Below, in pieces: positions 51,005 through 60,877 of a stretch of 64,000 nt of DNA. Origin of the DNA: an uncultured Gammaproteobacteria bacterium (GTDB lineage Bacteria > Patescibacteriota > Patescibacteriia > UBA9934 > CAZDDW01). The stretch is from assembly GCA_965231015.1 (NCBI GenBank), contig OZ246408.1, positions 147,755 through 211,754 of the forward strand. Reading direction: 5' to 3'. Below the pieces are notes generated by a model that was not told the origin of the DNA, did no database searches, and saw nothing but the letters and a program-made list of their open reading frames with translations. The translations under genes were made by a program, and so were the position numbers. The first letter of the stretch is position 1. Each line of letters starts with the position of its first letter.

Positions 51005-51556
51005 TTAAGACACCAGTTTTTTCACCTCCTCCACCGTTTCCTCAACTTTTCCATCAGCATTTATTACCTCATGGTCACAAACCTCGCGATAGCTGAGTTC
51101 ATGATCCAGTTCCTTAATTCGACGTTCAAGATCCTGTTTCTTGTTTTGTCCACGTTTTTCGAGCCGGGCAATCATGGCTTCGCGCGACTCGGCGTTTAGA
51201 AAAATAGAAATAGCTTCCGGTTGAATTTCTTCAATGGTTTTGGCACCTTGAACATCAATGACCATTAAGACGTCTTTTCCGGACTCGAGCAATGACTCAA
51301 GATCAGATTTTGCATTTCCGTAGTACTTGTCGTAAACAGTAGCCCACTCAAACATTTCTCCTGCTTCAATTTTCGCTTTAAAATTCTCCTCACTCACAAA
51401 ATTATAGTGCACCCCATCTTCTTCTCCCTCACGTGGTTGGCGAGTGGTGTAGGTGACAAGTTTAGTAAGGTTTGGCAGGTCCTCGAGTAATTGATTAGCC
51501 ACCGTGGTTTTTCCAACCCCGGACGGACCGGTTAAAACAATTAGTTTTCCTTTCAT
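51005..51556 (-). CDS. gmk: Guanylate kinase
   Basis: GPSGVGKTT, TTRQPREGEEDGVHYNF, IDVQGA. Confidence 0.96.
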   Translation of the reverse strand: MKGKLIVLTGPSGVGKTTVANQLLEDLPNLTKLVTYTTRQPREGEEDGVHYNFVSEENFKAKIEAGEMFEWATVYDKYYGNAKSDLESLLESGKDVLMVIDVQGAKTIEEIQPEAISIFLNAESREAMIARLEKRGQNKKQDLERRIKELDHELSYREVCDHEVINADGKVEETVEEVKKLVS

Positions 51557-52476
51557 AACGTTTCTAATAGATTTTGTAAATCATCTGGCAATGGTGTCTC
51601 GAAAGTTTTCGTTTCTCCGTTTGGTAATTCAATCGTGAGTTTAGCGGCATGTAAAAAAATACGGTCAAGTTCAATGTGGTTGATATTTTTCATCAATTTC
51701 TTTTTGTATAGCGGGTCACCAACAATCGGATGGTCAACTGCTTGCATGTGAGCTCGAATCTGATGAGTACGCCCGGTTTTGATCTGGACTTTGAGAAGGG
51801 AAGTGGTTGGATACTCTTCGAGTACATCGTACAATGTGATAGCCTCTCGTCCTTCCTCTGAATCTTCCGGCATAGCCACCATTTTCCCAGAGCGTTTAGA
51901 GCGACCAATTCGAAAATTAATTTCTCCGGCTGCTTGTTCCATTTTTCCGTAAACAAGAGCTAAGTATTCTTTTTTGGCAAGTCGATCAGTAAATTGTCGT
52001 TTTAGGTGCTCGAAGGCAGATTGGTTTTTGGCCACGATCATAACTCCGGACGCGGTTTTATCGAGTCGGTGCACAATTCCGGGTCGTTCTTCCGGAGCCT
52101 CACCCACGCCGGCAATTTCTGGGTTGCGTTTCAAGAGCGCATCCACGAGTGTCCACGACGTGTCCTCGGCGTTGGCTCGGTGTACAAGCAACCCGGCTGG
52201 TTTATTGATTGCCAACACATCATTGTCTTCATATAGTACCTCAAATCCAGGTCCGGTTTTGGCTATCCCCGGATCAATCCCGCTTTCGTTCCTAACCTCG
52301 ATAAGATCGCCTGACCTCACTTTATAACCGGATTTACCGATTTCATCATCAATCTTAACAGCTTGGGCTTTGATCAATTTTTGAACCTTGCCTCGCGGTA
52401 ACTCCAAAACATCGCTTAAAAAGACATCTAAACGGTTTCCGGCTTGCGTGTCATTTACTTCAAATTGTTGTATCAT
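51553..52476 (-). CDS. rluD: RluA/RluD-family pseudouridine synthase
   Basis: S4 domain, NKPAGLLVH, RPGIVHRLDK, TGRTHQIR, GDPLY. Confidence 0.88.
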   Translation of the reverse strand: MIQQFEVNDTQAGNRLDVFLSDVLELPRGKVQKLIKAQAVKIDDEIGKSGYKVRSGDLIEVRNESGIDPGIAKTGPGFEVLYEDNDVLAINKPAGLLVHRANAEDTSWTLVDALLKRNPEIAGVGEAPEERPGIVHRLDKTASGVMIVAKNQSAFEHLKRQFTDRLAKKEYLALVYGKMEQAAGEINFRIGRSKRSGKMVAMPEDSEEGREAITLYDVLEEYPTTSLLKVQIKTGRTHQIRAHMQAVDHPIVGDPLYKKKLMKNINHIELDRIFLHAAKLTIELPNGETKTFETPLPDDLQNLLETL

Positions 52477-52537
52477 AGGGTTGACTTTTGGCTGTTTTAC
52501 TGCTAGTTTACAGAGATCCGTGACATAATACAACCAC

Positions 52538-52612
52538 GGGCCGATAGCTCAACGGTAGAGCCCCGAGCTTATACCTCGGTAGTTGATGGTTCGAGTCCAT
52601 CTCGGCCCACCA
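52538..52612 (+). tRNA. tRNA-Ile(UAU)
   Basis: Cloverleaf GGGCCGA/TCGGCCC-ACCA; anticodon arm CCGAG-CT-TAT-AC-CTCGG. Confidence 0.9.
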
Positions 52613-52731
52613 CCCTACGCTTCATTAAGAAAATTGGTTTTGAAGTGGAGGATGTCCTCCGAAGCCCCGAAGGAACAAAGGGGGATCTCGGGAGTAAGTT
52701 ATGAAGCTTCGGATGGTAAACCATACATTAT

Positions 52732-52884
52732 ATGTTTATAGCACTCGGAATAGTAATAATGATAATGGGCGGGTTGTTTCTGTGGCGCTACATGCGTGAG
52801 GGGAACACCTTCCAGTACTTTGCTTGCGGCGCTTTTTTTGTAGCCGGAGTGCTGTTATTTGTTTTACAATTTGTTTTTGTTTAA
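52732..52884 (+). CDS. Small two-TM membrane protein (50 aa; not in the ORF track)
   Basis: MFIALGIVIMIMGGLFLWRYMREGNTFQYFACGAFFVAGVLLFVLQFVFV; ends 3 bp before the next ATG. Confidence 0.6.
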   Translation: MFIALGIVIMIMGGLFLWRYMREGNTFQYFACGAFFVAGVLLFVLQFVFV

Positions 52885-52887
52885 TTT

Positions 52888-53337
52888 ATGGACTTAGCAA
52901 TTTTTACGTGGTTTTTAGCAGTCGTTTGGTTCATTTTTTATTGGGTGTTTGGTGGAGTATTTTTTGTTGTGGTAGCCATGTTGCGTTTAGGTAGAATAAA
53001 AAAGATTCGTTTTTCATGTCTTTATACTTTGCTTTCAGCCATCGTTGGGTATGCCGCATCCTGGACCGGAGTGTATTGGTCAGAAGATGCAATTAATACC
53101 TGCCTGGCTGAAGCCAATGGAATGAGTGAACAGTTTGCTGCAGTATTTGCTTGTGGAATAATTGGTATTTTTTCCGCCATGCTCGTTTGGGCGGCAGTGT
53201 TGATGCTCGGAGGATTCATTATGATGGCCATTACTAAAACGAATGAAAAAGCTTGGTTTGAAAAAACAGATGAAGAGGTTGAAGCAGAACGTTTGAGTGA
53301 TGAAGATGAGACTCTTTACACTGAAGAAACAAATTGA
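52888..53337 (+). CDS. Membrane protein
   Basis: Three hydrophobic segments and an acidic tail. Confidence 0.75.
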   Translation: MDLAIFTWFLAVVWFIFYWVFGGVFFVVVAMLRLGRIKKIRFSCLYTLLSAIVGYAASWTGVYWSEDAINTCLAEANGMSEQFAAVFACGIIGIFSAMLVWAAVLMLGGFIMMAITKTNEKAWFEKTDEEVEAERLSDEDETLYTEETN

Positions 53338-53353
53338 TAAGATCCTTCACTAA

Positions 53354-53430
53354 GGACGTATAGCTCAGTTGGTTAGAGCGTCACATTGACATTGTGAAGG
53401 TCCGTGGTTCGAATCCACGTACGTCCACCA
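53354..53430 (+). tRNA. tRNA-Val(GAC)
   Basis: Cloverleaf; TCACA-TT-GAC-AT-TGTGA; encoded CCA. Confidence 0.95.
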
Positions 53431-53560
53431 GGCTGCTGGGCGGCTAACGCCAAACAGTGGCGCCAAAAATCGACCACTAGAAAAAGTGGCCGGTTTTTTT
53501 TTGACTAAATATTGGGTACGGGATAAGTTTAGATCTGAACCTTTGTCAGGGAGGTCAACA

Positions 53561-54040
53561 GTGGCCAATATTACTTTTCGTCGTCAGGTGGCCAAGCATC
53601 CAGGGGACTTTTCGTCCGAGCTTGTCCGTAAAGTCGTTCGCATGAACCAAAACGTGTTTGCGGGTCAGGATGAAATTTCACCTGGTTCGTTCAAGGACTA
53701 CCGTGAGCGTTTGGCCAAAGTTTTCTCAATTATTCTTACGGCCGAAACCAAGGGGCTTGTGATCGCCAATTGCATTGCCTACCCGATCGATGACTGGCTG
53801 TACATCTGGGTCCTAGCCGTAACACCTTCGGTGCAGAGGCACGGTTTGGCCACGCGTCTCATGGATGCCATTGAACTTATGGCTAGGGAGCAAAAACATG
53901 AAACCGTACGGGTCAAGGTTTACAACGTCTCCAAGGATATGCAGGCTCTGTTGATCAATCGCGGCTATCATATCGTTCAGGTCGTGCCATCAAAAACCGA
54001 TCCCAAATATAACGAAGTCTTCTTCCAACTTCCTCTCTAA
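53561..54040 (+). CDS. GNAT-family N-acetyltransferase
   Basis: GGAGG RBS before GTG; LAVTPSVQRHGLATRLM motif. Confidence 0.85.
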   Translation: MANITFRRQVAKHPGDFSSELVRKVVRMNQNVFAGQDEISPGSFKDYRERLAKVFSIILTAETKGLVIANCIAYPIDDWLYIWVLAVTPSVQRHGLATRLMDAIELMAREQKHETVRVKVYNVSKDMQALLINRGYHIVQVVPSKTDPKYNEVFFQLPL

Positions 54041-54126
54041 ATCAACCCACCGAGTCACTCTTGGTGGGTGCGTTTTTTGTTCAACAAAAAAAAGCGCTTC
54101 GGGAATAAAAGAGTTCCAAAAACGCT

Positions 54127-54642
54127 TCAGGTGTCGAGCCTGGGCTCGTTAAGCTCGCAGAAGGTGCGAGTGAGCTCACAGATAAAGTATATGGCCAGTT
54201 CTTGGGTGACAACGATGTCGTCATTGGTGAACTGATCGGCCCAGTGATCAAGGAGTAAAGCGACGGTTTCTGGAAAATTGTCCGTGCTGCCCTCGGTGTA
54301 AAGGCCGGTTCTCCAGGTCTCGTCGAATATTAAGCGACGAACGCAGAAAGTGAACTCCCCTTGTTCGGTCTGAAACTTCAGGTTAAAGGCAACTTCTCGA
54401 TCTTATTCCTCCATCAGAGGACCGTCGTGGCACCACTTGAGATTAATCCTCAAGATGCCGATAGGCAGATCACCCGTGAACTTGAAAGATTTGCCTTGCG
54501 AAGCTTCGTGTTCGGTCGCGGCTGTGATACCCTGACTCATGAGTCTGTAAGCACTCGCTTGGCTCGGTCGGAGTCCGGCCGCAGCCACCGCGGTTTCGAT
54601 CATCAACATGAACGGCTCGGCCCATTCGGGTTCGTGGTTCAT
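54127..54642 (-). pseudogene. Hypothetical gene with an in-frame TAA
   Basis: GAGAGG RBS; after TAA at 54403-54405 the frame stays open for 91 codons to TGA at 54127. Confidence 0.55.
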
Positions 54643-54669
54643 GATACATTTCCTCTCTCTGAAAAGATC

Positions 54670-55806
54670 TTACTCCGCCAGTTGTTCCTTTATCTTGGCT
54701 ACGATATTTTTTTCTACTTCCATAATCGTCTGGTCCATGAAACACAATCGAACTTCGTCGCGCGTGCCGGCCGGGCGGAACGGAGCTGCAAGGGTCATGG
54801 CGTCGTGCGGTTCTTCGGCTCGCAAAATTGCACACACGTTACCTTCCCGGTCTTCATACATGAGAATTACTACCTTGGCGTGCGGTGAGCTAGCAATTAG
54901 CTCATCCACCACGTCCGGTAGGTCATCCTCATTAGCGCCCGCATGCATGAAATCACTTCTGCCTAGCAAGGTCCAAACGAGTCGGCTATGTTCGTGTGAC
55001 TTGAGACGAGCCAAGGCTCGACCCCAAAGCCGAAGCGTCTCGACTGATCGGGTGCGGAAAAGGTTTTCCACGATTTCATCGCGACGAGCTCCATAACTCA
55101 TAAGCATCGAAGCGATCTTTAAAGTGCGTGGAGTCACGTTAGCAGTTTTAAAACTTTTCGTTTTAGCAATCATGCCGGCCAGCAAGGCGGTGGATACTTC
55201 TTCGTCAATAAGATTTGGTTCAACGATTTGAATCAAGTTGTGGGCTACTTCAGAAATTGCCGTGGCGGTAGTGTCGACCAGATTTAATTGCCCATAGTGT
55301 TCATTGGCCGGAGAGTGATCCAAGTTGATGATTGGGGTGGTAAAGAAAAATTCAGCGTGATTGTGAAAAATGTGATCATGGGCAGTTAGGTCAGATGCAC
55401 CAAGAGAAATAATCAAATCATATCGATAGCCAGATTTGGCCGTGTTAATGTCTTGGTCGGCCCAAATACCGGATTTGGGAATCAGGTGAATATGAAGTTC
55501 GTCCCCCTCGATGTTATAAGACAGCTCTTCTACTTTGGTTTGATTAATATTGAGCTTGATGGTGAATTTTTCCAAGCTTTCAATGGTGGGACGGACAAGG
55601 CAATGCTTTTTTAAAAATTTGAGTTGCTTGGGAGCTGGACCTTGGGCTGAAACAATTTCCACTGGTTTATCCAGTTTTTGTATGGCCTCGGCTAAACCAA
55701 TAGCTGATGCAAATCCGTCAGAACCAGCACCTTTGGCAACGCAAATAAGCGGTCGATCAGATCGCTTAATCATTTCCTGGATTTGTTGTGATTCAGTTAA
55801 GGCCAT
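54670..55806 (-). CDS. DHH-superfamily (NrnA-like) protein with degenerate motifs
   Basis: PIINLDHSPANEHYG, LLAGMIAKTKSF, LRLWGRAL. Confidence 0.8.
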   Translation of the reverse strand: MALTESQQIQEMIKRSDRPLICVAKGAGSDGFASAIGLAEAIQKLDKPVEIVSAQGPAPKQLKFLKKHCLVRPTIESLEKFTIKLNINQTKVEELSYNIEGDELHIHLIPKSGIWADQDINTAKSGYRYDLIISLGASDLTAHDHIFHNHAEFFFTTPIINLDHSPANEHYGQLNLVDTTATAISEVAHNLIQIVEPNLIDEEVSTALLAGMIAKTKSFKTANVTPRTLKIASMLMSYGARRDEIVENLFRTRSVETLRLWGRALARLKSHEHSRLVWTLLGRSDFMHAGANEDDLPDVVDELIASSPHAKVVILMYEDREGNVCAILRAEEPHDAMTLAAPFRPAGTRDEVRLCFMDQTIMEVEKNIVAKIKEQLAE

Positions 55807-55970
55807 GGTGGTCTGGTTTTCGGTTGTCCTCTCTCCCTCATCCCTCACCCGAGGTTTCGGATGACAGGCAGCCACGCATGGAATGGCGAAGAAAGTATCT
55901 TACACCGAGCTTAAAAATAGGTCAAGCCCTCTTGTCAGGCACGGTTTTTTGGGCTAAACTGTCAACACAT

Positions 55971-58649
55971 ATGCCAAAGCCTGATATTCCAAAAGCATAC
56001 GAGCCTCAAGAGGTTGAGGACGGTATTTACACCGCCTGGGAAGCAAGCGGTTTCTTTAATCCGGATAATTTACCGGACGCGGATAAACAAAAGGATCCGT
56101 ATTGTATTGTTTTACCTCCGCCAAACGTAACCGGAACCCTTCACCTGGGGCATGCGGCCATGTTAGCCGTTGAAGACATTATGATTCGTTATGCTCGGAT
56201 GAAGGGGATGGATACTTTTTGGGTGCCTGGAACTGATCATGCCGCCATTGCTACTCAAACCAAAGTCGAGAAGTTGTTGCTTGAGGAAGGGTATGATGAC
56301 CCTCGAAAAGAACTCGGGCGCGAGAAATTTTTGGAACGAGTCAACAAATTTGCTCAGGAGTCACATGACACGATTGTAAACCAGACTAAAAAAATGGGTT
56401 CATCTTTGGATTGGTCACGCGAAGCGTTTACTTTGGATGAAGCTCGAACCAAAGCGGTACGAACCGTGTTTACCAAAATGTATGATGATGGATTGATTTA
56501 CCGCGGCGAGCGAATCGTAAACTGGTGCCCGCATTGTCGCTCCACCATTGCCGACGATGAAGTGGAATATAAGGAATCAGGAACCAAGCTTTACACTTTC
56601 AAGTATGACCATGACTTCCCAATTTCAATTGCCACTACTCGACCGGAAACAAAACTGGGCGACACAGCGGTAGCTGTGCACCCGGACGACGAACGGTATA
56701 AGCAATATGTTGGTCAAGAATTTGAAGTTGATTTTGTGGGACAGCCTCTCAAGATAAAAGTAATCGCTGATAAAGAAATCGATTCTGAATTTGGAACCGG
56801 AGCTTTAGGGGTTACCCCGGCTCACTCGCATGCGGACGCAGAAATGGCTCGTCAGAATGATTTGCAATCAGTTCAGGTGATTGGTGAAGATGGAGATATT
56901 GTTCCAGGGATTAAAGTGTTCGCTGGCCAGTCGGCTGAACAAGCTCGGGACAAAGTTGTTGATTATTTAAAAGAGCAGAACTTGCTTGAAGTTGAAGAAG
57001 ACATCATACACAACCTTTCAATCTGTTATCGTTGCAGCTCGGTGATCGAACCGTTGCCAAGCCGACAATGGTTTATTGATGTGAACAAGGAATTTAAATT
57101 GGTTCAATCTAAACGAGCTCCGCTTCAAGGATTAAAAAATGGAGAAACAGTGACGTTAAAAAAATTGATGCAACAGTCAGTGCGTTCCGGACAGATAGAA
57201 ATTATTCCGGATCGCTTTAACAAAACTTACTTCCACTGGATTGATAACTTGCGCGACTGGTGTATTAGCCGTCAGATTTGGTACGGCCACCGTATTCCGG
57301 TTTGGTATCGAGGAGAGGAAACCTATGTGGGAGTTGAAGAACCAGAGGGAGACGGCTGGGTTCAGGATCCAGACACCTTGGACACCTGGTTCAGTTCCGG
57401 ACTTTGGACCTTTTCGACTCTTGGCTGGCCGGATGACACCAACGAGTTCAAAAAATATCACCCAACGGCCGTGCTTGAAACTGGTTATGACATTTTATTT
57501 TTCTGGGTGGCGCGCATGATTCTGATGACTACCTACACGCTCGGAGAAGTACCGTTTGATAAAGTTTACTTGCACGGACTCATACGTGATGAACAAGGTA
57601 GAAAGATGTCCAAGTCGCTTGGTAACTCGATCGATCCGTTAGAAGTCAGTCAGAAATTTGGAACTGATGCCGTTCGGCTCGCTCTTGTGATTGGAACCAG
57701 CCCTGGGGCTGATACTAAGCTCTCGGAAGAAAAGATAGAAGGCTTTAGAAATTTTGCCAATAAACTTTGGAATATCTCACGTTTTGTGATGACGAGTGTG
57801 GATCAGGTTCAAAAGGTAGATCGAGTGGAACCAAAGACATTAGCTGATAAGTGGATTTTGTCGCGGCTTGATGAAGTGATTAAAACCGCCACCGCGCATT
57901 ATGAGAAGTACGAGTTCTCGCACGCTGGTGAATTGTTACGCGATTTTACCTGGAACGAGTTTGCGGATTGGTATTTGGAAATTGCCAAAGTGCAGATGAA
58001 AAACGACGACGTGCGACGTGCGACGTGCGACGCACTGCTTTACGTGTTGCGCCAGTTACTAATAATGTGGCATCCGATCATGCCATTTGTGAGCGAAGTG
58101 ATTTGGAAAAGTTTTCGAACCGATGATCAGGATTTCTTGATGATTCAGAGTTGGGCTAATCCAAAAGCCCTTAGCGAAAAAGAAGCAATAAAAGATTTTT
58201 CCTTACTACAAGAAACAGTAACCGCCATTAGAAATTTACGAGCCGAGTATCGAGTTGAACCATCCAAGAAAGTACCAGTGATTATTGCTAGTAAAAAATA
58301 CACTTCGTTTTATCGTGAGCAATCAGAGGCAATAAGACATTTGGCTCGAGTTAGCCCGATTGAGATTCAGGAGTCGGCTAATAAACCTGATGGAGCCGCC
58401 ACTGCCGTGGTTGGAAAAGTACAAATCTTTATGCCGCTTGAGGGAATTGTGGATGTTGAGAGGGAAAAGGCTCGGCTTGCCAAGGAACTTGATTCAGCCA
58501 AACAATATTTAGACTCGCTCAACAAAAAACTCGCGAACTCAAGTTTTGTGGACAAGGCTCCGGCTGAGCTTGTAGATGGTATTCGAACCAAACAAGCGGG
58601 AGCCGAGGAACGAGTATCAAAAATAGAATCACAATTAAAGTCACTTTAA
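55971..58649 (+). CDS. valS: Valine--tRNA ligase
   Basis: PPPNVTGTLHLGHA, PGTDHAAIATQ, DWCISRQIWYGH, KMSKS, C-terminal coiled coil. Confidence 0.98.
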   Translation: MPKPDIPKAYEPQEVEDGIYTAWEASGFFNPDNLPDADKQKDPYCIVLPPPNVTGTLHLGHAAMLAVEDIMIRYARMKGMDTFWVPGTDHAAIATQTKVEKLLLEEGYDDPRKELGREKFLERVNKFAQESHDTIVNQTKKMGSSLDWSREAFTLDEARTKAVRTVFTKMYDDGLIYRGERIVNWCPHCRSTIADDEVEYKESGTKLYTFKYDHDFPISIATTRPETKLGDTAVAVHPDDERYKQYVGQEFEVDFVGQPLKIKVIADKEIDSEFGTGALGVTPAHSHADAEMARQNDLQSVQVIGEDGDIVPGIKVFAGQSAEQARDKVVDYLKEQNLLEVEEDIIHNLSICYRCSSVIEPLPSRQWFIDVNKEFKLVQSKRAPLQGLKNGETVTLKKLMQQSVRSGQIEIIPDRFNKTYFHWIDNLRDWCISRQIWYGHRIPVWYRGEETYVGVEEPEGDGWVQDPDTLDTWFSSGLWTFSTLGWPDDTNEFKKYHPTAVLETGYDILFFWVARMILMTTYTLGEVPFDKVYLHGLIRDEQGRKMSKSLGNSIDPLEVSQKFGTDAVRLALVIGTSPGADTKLSEEKIEGFRNFANKLWNISRFVMTSVDQVQKVDRVEPKTLADKWILSRLDEVIKTATAHYEKYEFSHAGELLRDFTWNEFADWYLEIAKVQMKNDDVRRATCDALLYVLRQLLIMWHPIMPFVSEVIWKSFRTDDQDFLMIQSWANPKALSEKEAIKDFSLLQETVTAIRNLRAEYRVEPSKKVPVIIASKKYTSFYREQSEAIRHLARVSPIEIQESANKPDGAATAVVGKVQIFMPLEGIVDVEREKARLAKELDSAKQYLDSLNKKLANSSFVDKAPAELVDGIRTKQAGAEERVSKIESQLKSL

Positions 58650-58650
58650 T

Positions 58651-59679
58651 ATGTTTGAAAACTCATACGTTGTGGCCGGACTGATCGTAGTCGGATCAAT
58701 TGTCGTTGCACAGATCGTTGTCTGGACATTACCTCTTTTCAACAAGCTGGCCAGTAAATCAAAAACCAAACTGGACGACTATATTCTTAAAGCAATTGGA
58801 GCAGTAGTTCGGATGGCGGTTATGGTGGCCGGATTTTTTTATGCTTTGTGGTATTTATGGCCGGAAGCCATGATCGGAGCACATAAAGTGAGCGACCTTT
58901 ACATTGTGATTGGATTTATTTGGGGAGGATATGCTGTACGGAAAGTTATAAAGGCAATATTCGCTTGGTACACGGACGAGTTTAGCGATAAGGATCACAA
59001 AGGGGAGCAAACCATTTTTTCTTTTATTGATAGTTTGTCCGCGATTGGTATTTGGGCCATTATTATACTCTTAATCTTGCAACGCTTTGGAGTGGAGATT
59101 GGTCCGTTGTTGGCTGGTCTTGGGATTGCCGGTATTGCTTTAGCTTTTGGCCTACAAGATACGCTCAAAGGAATCTTTTCAGCACTTTACATTGCGGTTG
59201 ATCAACCATTGCGTATTAATGATTATGTGAAGCTGTCTGATGGAACAGAGGGTTTTGTTGATGATATTTCATGGCGTTCAGTTCGACTTAAAACTTTTGC
59301 CGAGAATGTAGTGGTCGTACCAAACAGTCAACTGGCCGACATGGTCATTACGAACTATCATATGCCACATGCTCGCACTGGACTGGTGGTTGGGTTTGGA
59401 GTTGCCTATGGAGCTGACCTTAAAAAAGTGGAAAAGATTGCACTTGAGGTAGCGGCCAGAGTGATGAAGGAAGTGGCCGGGATTGAAGACCATGAACCAG
59501 GCTTCCGGGTTGACTCCTTGGCTGATTCATCAATTAATTGTAAGGTCTCTGTAAGAGCGGAAAAGTATGCCAATCGTTTGGCTGTTCAAGGAGCAATTTT
59601 AACCGAGCTTTATAATGAGTTTAACAAAGCTAAAATCGAAATTCCGTATCCGAAGATGGATGTGCATATCGTAAAATAA
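58651..59679 (+). CDS. mscS: Small-conductance mechanosensitive channel
   Basis: LLAGLGIAGIALAFGLQDTL, G.V.DI.WRS, VPNS, IEIPYP. Confidence 0.92.
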   Translation: MFENSYVVAGLIVVGSIVVAQIVVWTLPLFNKLASKSKTKLDDYILKAIGAVVRMAVMVAGFFYALWYLWPEAMIGAHKVSDLYIVIGFIWGGYAVRKVIKAIFAWYTDEFSDKDHKGEQTIFSFIDSLSAIGIWAIIILLILQRFGVEIGPLLAGLGIAGIALAFGLQDTLKGIFSALYIAVDQPLRINDYVKLSDGTEGFVDDISWRSVRLKTFAENVVVVPNSQLADMVITNYHMPHARTGLVVGFGVAYGADLKKVEKIALEVAARVMKEVAGIEDHEPGFRVDSLADSSINCKVSVRAEKYANRLAVQGAILTELYNEFNKAKIEIPYPKMDVHIVK

Positions 59680-59680
59680 T

Positions 59681-60874
59681 ATGAAAGTTGATACTAACCA
59701 AGAAAAAATTGAAGAGTTATTAAACCGAGGGGTGGAGGCAGTGTATCCAACGCGGGAGTGGCTTAGTAATGAGCTTGCTTCTGGACGTCGATTAACCATT
59801 TATACCGGTTATGACCCAACCGCTGATAGTTTACATATCGGACACGGAATAACTTTGATGAAACTGAAGCAACTTCAGGATCTTGGTCACAAAATCATTA
59901 TGTTGATCGGGGATTTTACCGGCATGATTGGCGACCCGACCGACAAGACTGCGGCTCGAACCAATTTGACTCGGGATGAAGTGCTGGCTAACTATAAGAA
60001 CTACAAAAAGCAGGCCGCAAACGTACTGAGTTTTTCAGGCTCAAACAAGGTTGAGCTAAAGTATAACAGCAAGTGGCTTGGCAAGCTTAATTTAGAAGAT
60101 GCTCTTGAATTGGCTTCGCACTTTACCATGCAACAACTAGTGGAGCGTGACATGTTTCAAAAGCGACTTGAAGAAGAAAAGCCAATTTACATGCATGAAT
60201 TTATGTACCCACTTTTACAAGGTTATGATTCCGTAGCTATGGACGTGGACGGTGAGGTGGGAGGAAACGACCAGATGTTTAACATGATGGCTGGCCGAAC
60301 TTTAATGAAGGCCATGAAGGATAAAGAAAAGTTTGTACTGACCATGAAGTTGTTGGCCGACGAGAGTGGAAAGAAGATGGGGAAGAGTGAAGGGAACATG
60401 ATTGCTTTGTCTGACAGTCCGGAAGAAATGTATGGCAAAGTCATGAGCTGGACTGATGGTATGATCGTTCCTGGATTTGAACTTTGTACTATGGTTAGTG
60501 ACGAAGAAGTCGAGGCGGTACGTCAGGCCTTGGAAGCCGGTGAAAATCCACGCGACCACAAAATGAGGCTGGCCTATGAGATTGTGAAAGTTTGGCACGG
60601 TGAAAAAGGAGCTGAAGCAGGGAAAGAAAATTTTGCTAAGGTTATCCAGCAAGGCAACAAACCGGACGAGATTCCGGAAGTCGAAGTTTCCGTTCAAGAT
60701 ATCGTGAGCTTACTCGTGGAAACAGAACTTTGTACCAGCAAGTCTGACGCTCGTCGTAATATTGATGGCGGAGGAGTGAAAGTGAACGATGAGAAGGTTG
60801 ATTCGTATGAGCTTGAAGTTAGCTCCGGCGATGTGGTTCAGAAGGGCAAGCGTCATTTTGTGAAGATCAAATAA
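59681..60874 (+). CDS. tyrS: Tyrosine--tRNA ligase
   Basis: GYDPTADSLHIGH, YPLLQGYD, GGNDQ, KMGKS, S4 domain. Confidence 0.97.
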   Translation: MKVDTNQEKIEELLNRGVEAVYPTREWLSNELASGRRLTIYTGYDPTADSLHIGHGITLMKLKQLQDLGHKIIMLIGDFTGMIGDPTDKTAARTNLTRDEVLANYKNYKKQAANVLSFSGSNKVELKYNSKWLGKLNLEDALELASHFTMQQLVERDMFQKRLEEEKPIYMHEFMYPLLQGYDSVAMDVDGEVGGNDQMFNMMAGRTLMKAMKDKEKFVLTMKLLADESGKKMGKSEGNMIALSDSPEEMYGKVMSWTDGMIVPGFELCTMVSDEEVEAVRQALEAGENPRDHKMRLAYEIVKVWHGEKGAEAGKENFAKVIQQGNKPDEIPEVEVSVQDIVSLLVETELCTSKSDARRNIDGGGVKVNDEKVDSYELEVSSGDVVQKGKRHFVKIK

Positions 60875-60877
60875 AAT

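Noticed and set aside
52613-54120. tRNA-anchored integrative element
   Set aside because: No integrase and no duplicated tRNA 3' end was found
7087-54405. Stop-codon reassignment suggested by in-frame TAA codons
   Set aside because: TAA, TAG and TGA all terminate conserved genes at expected positions, so the standard bacterial code applies
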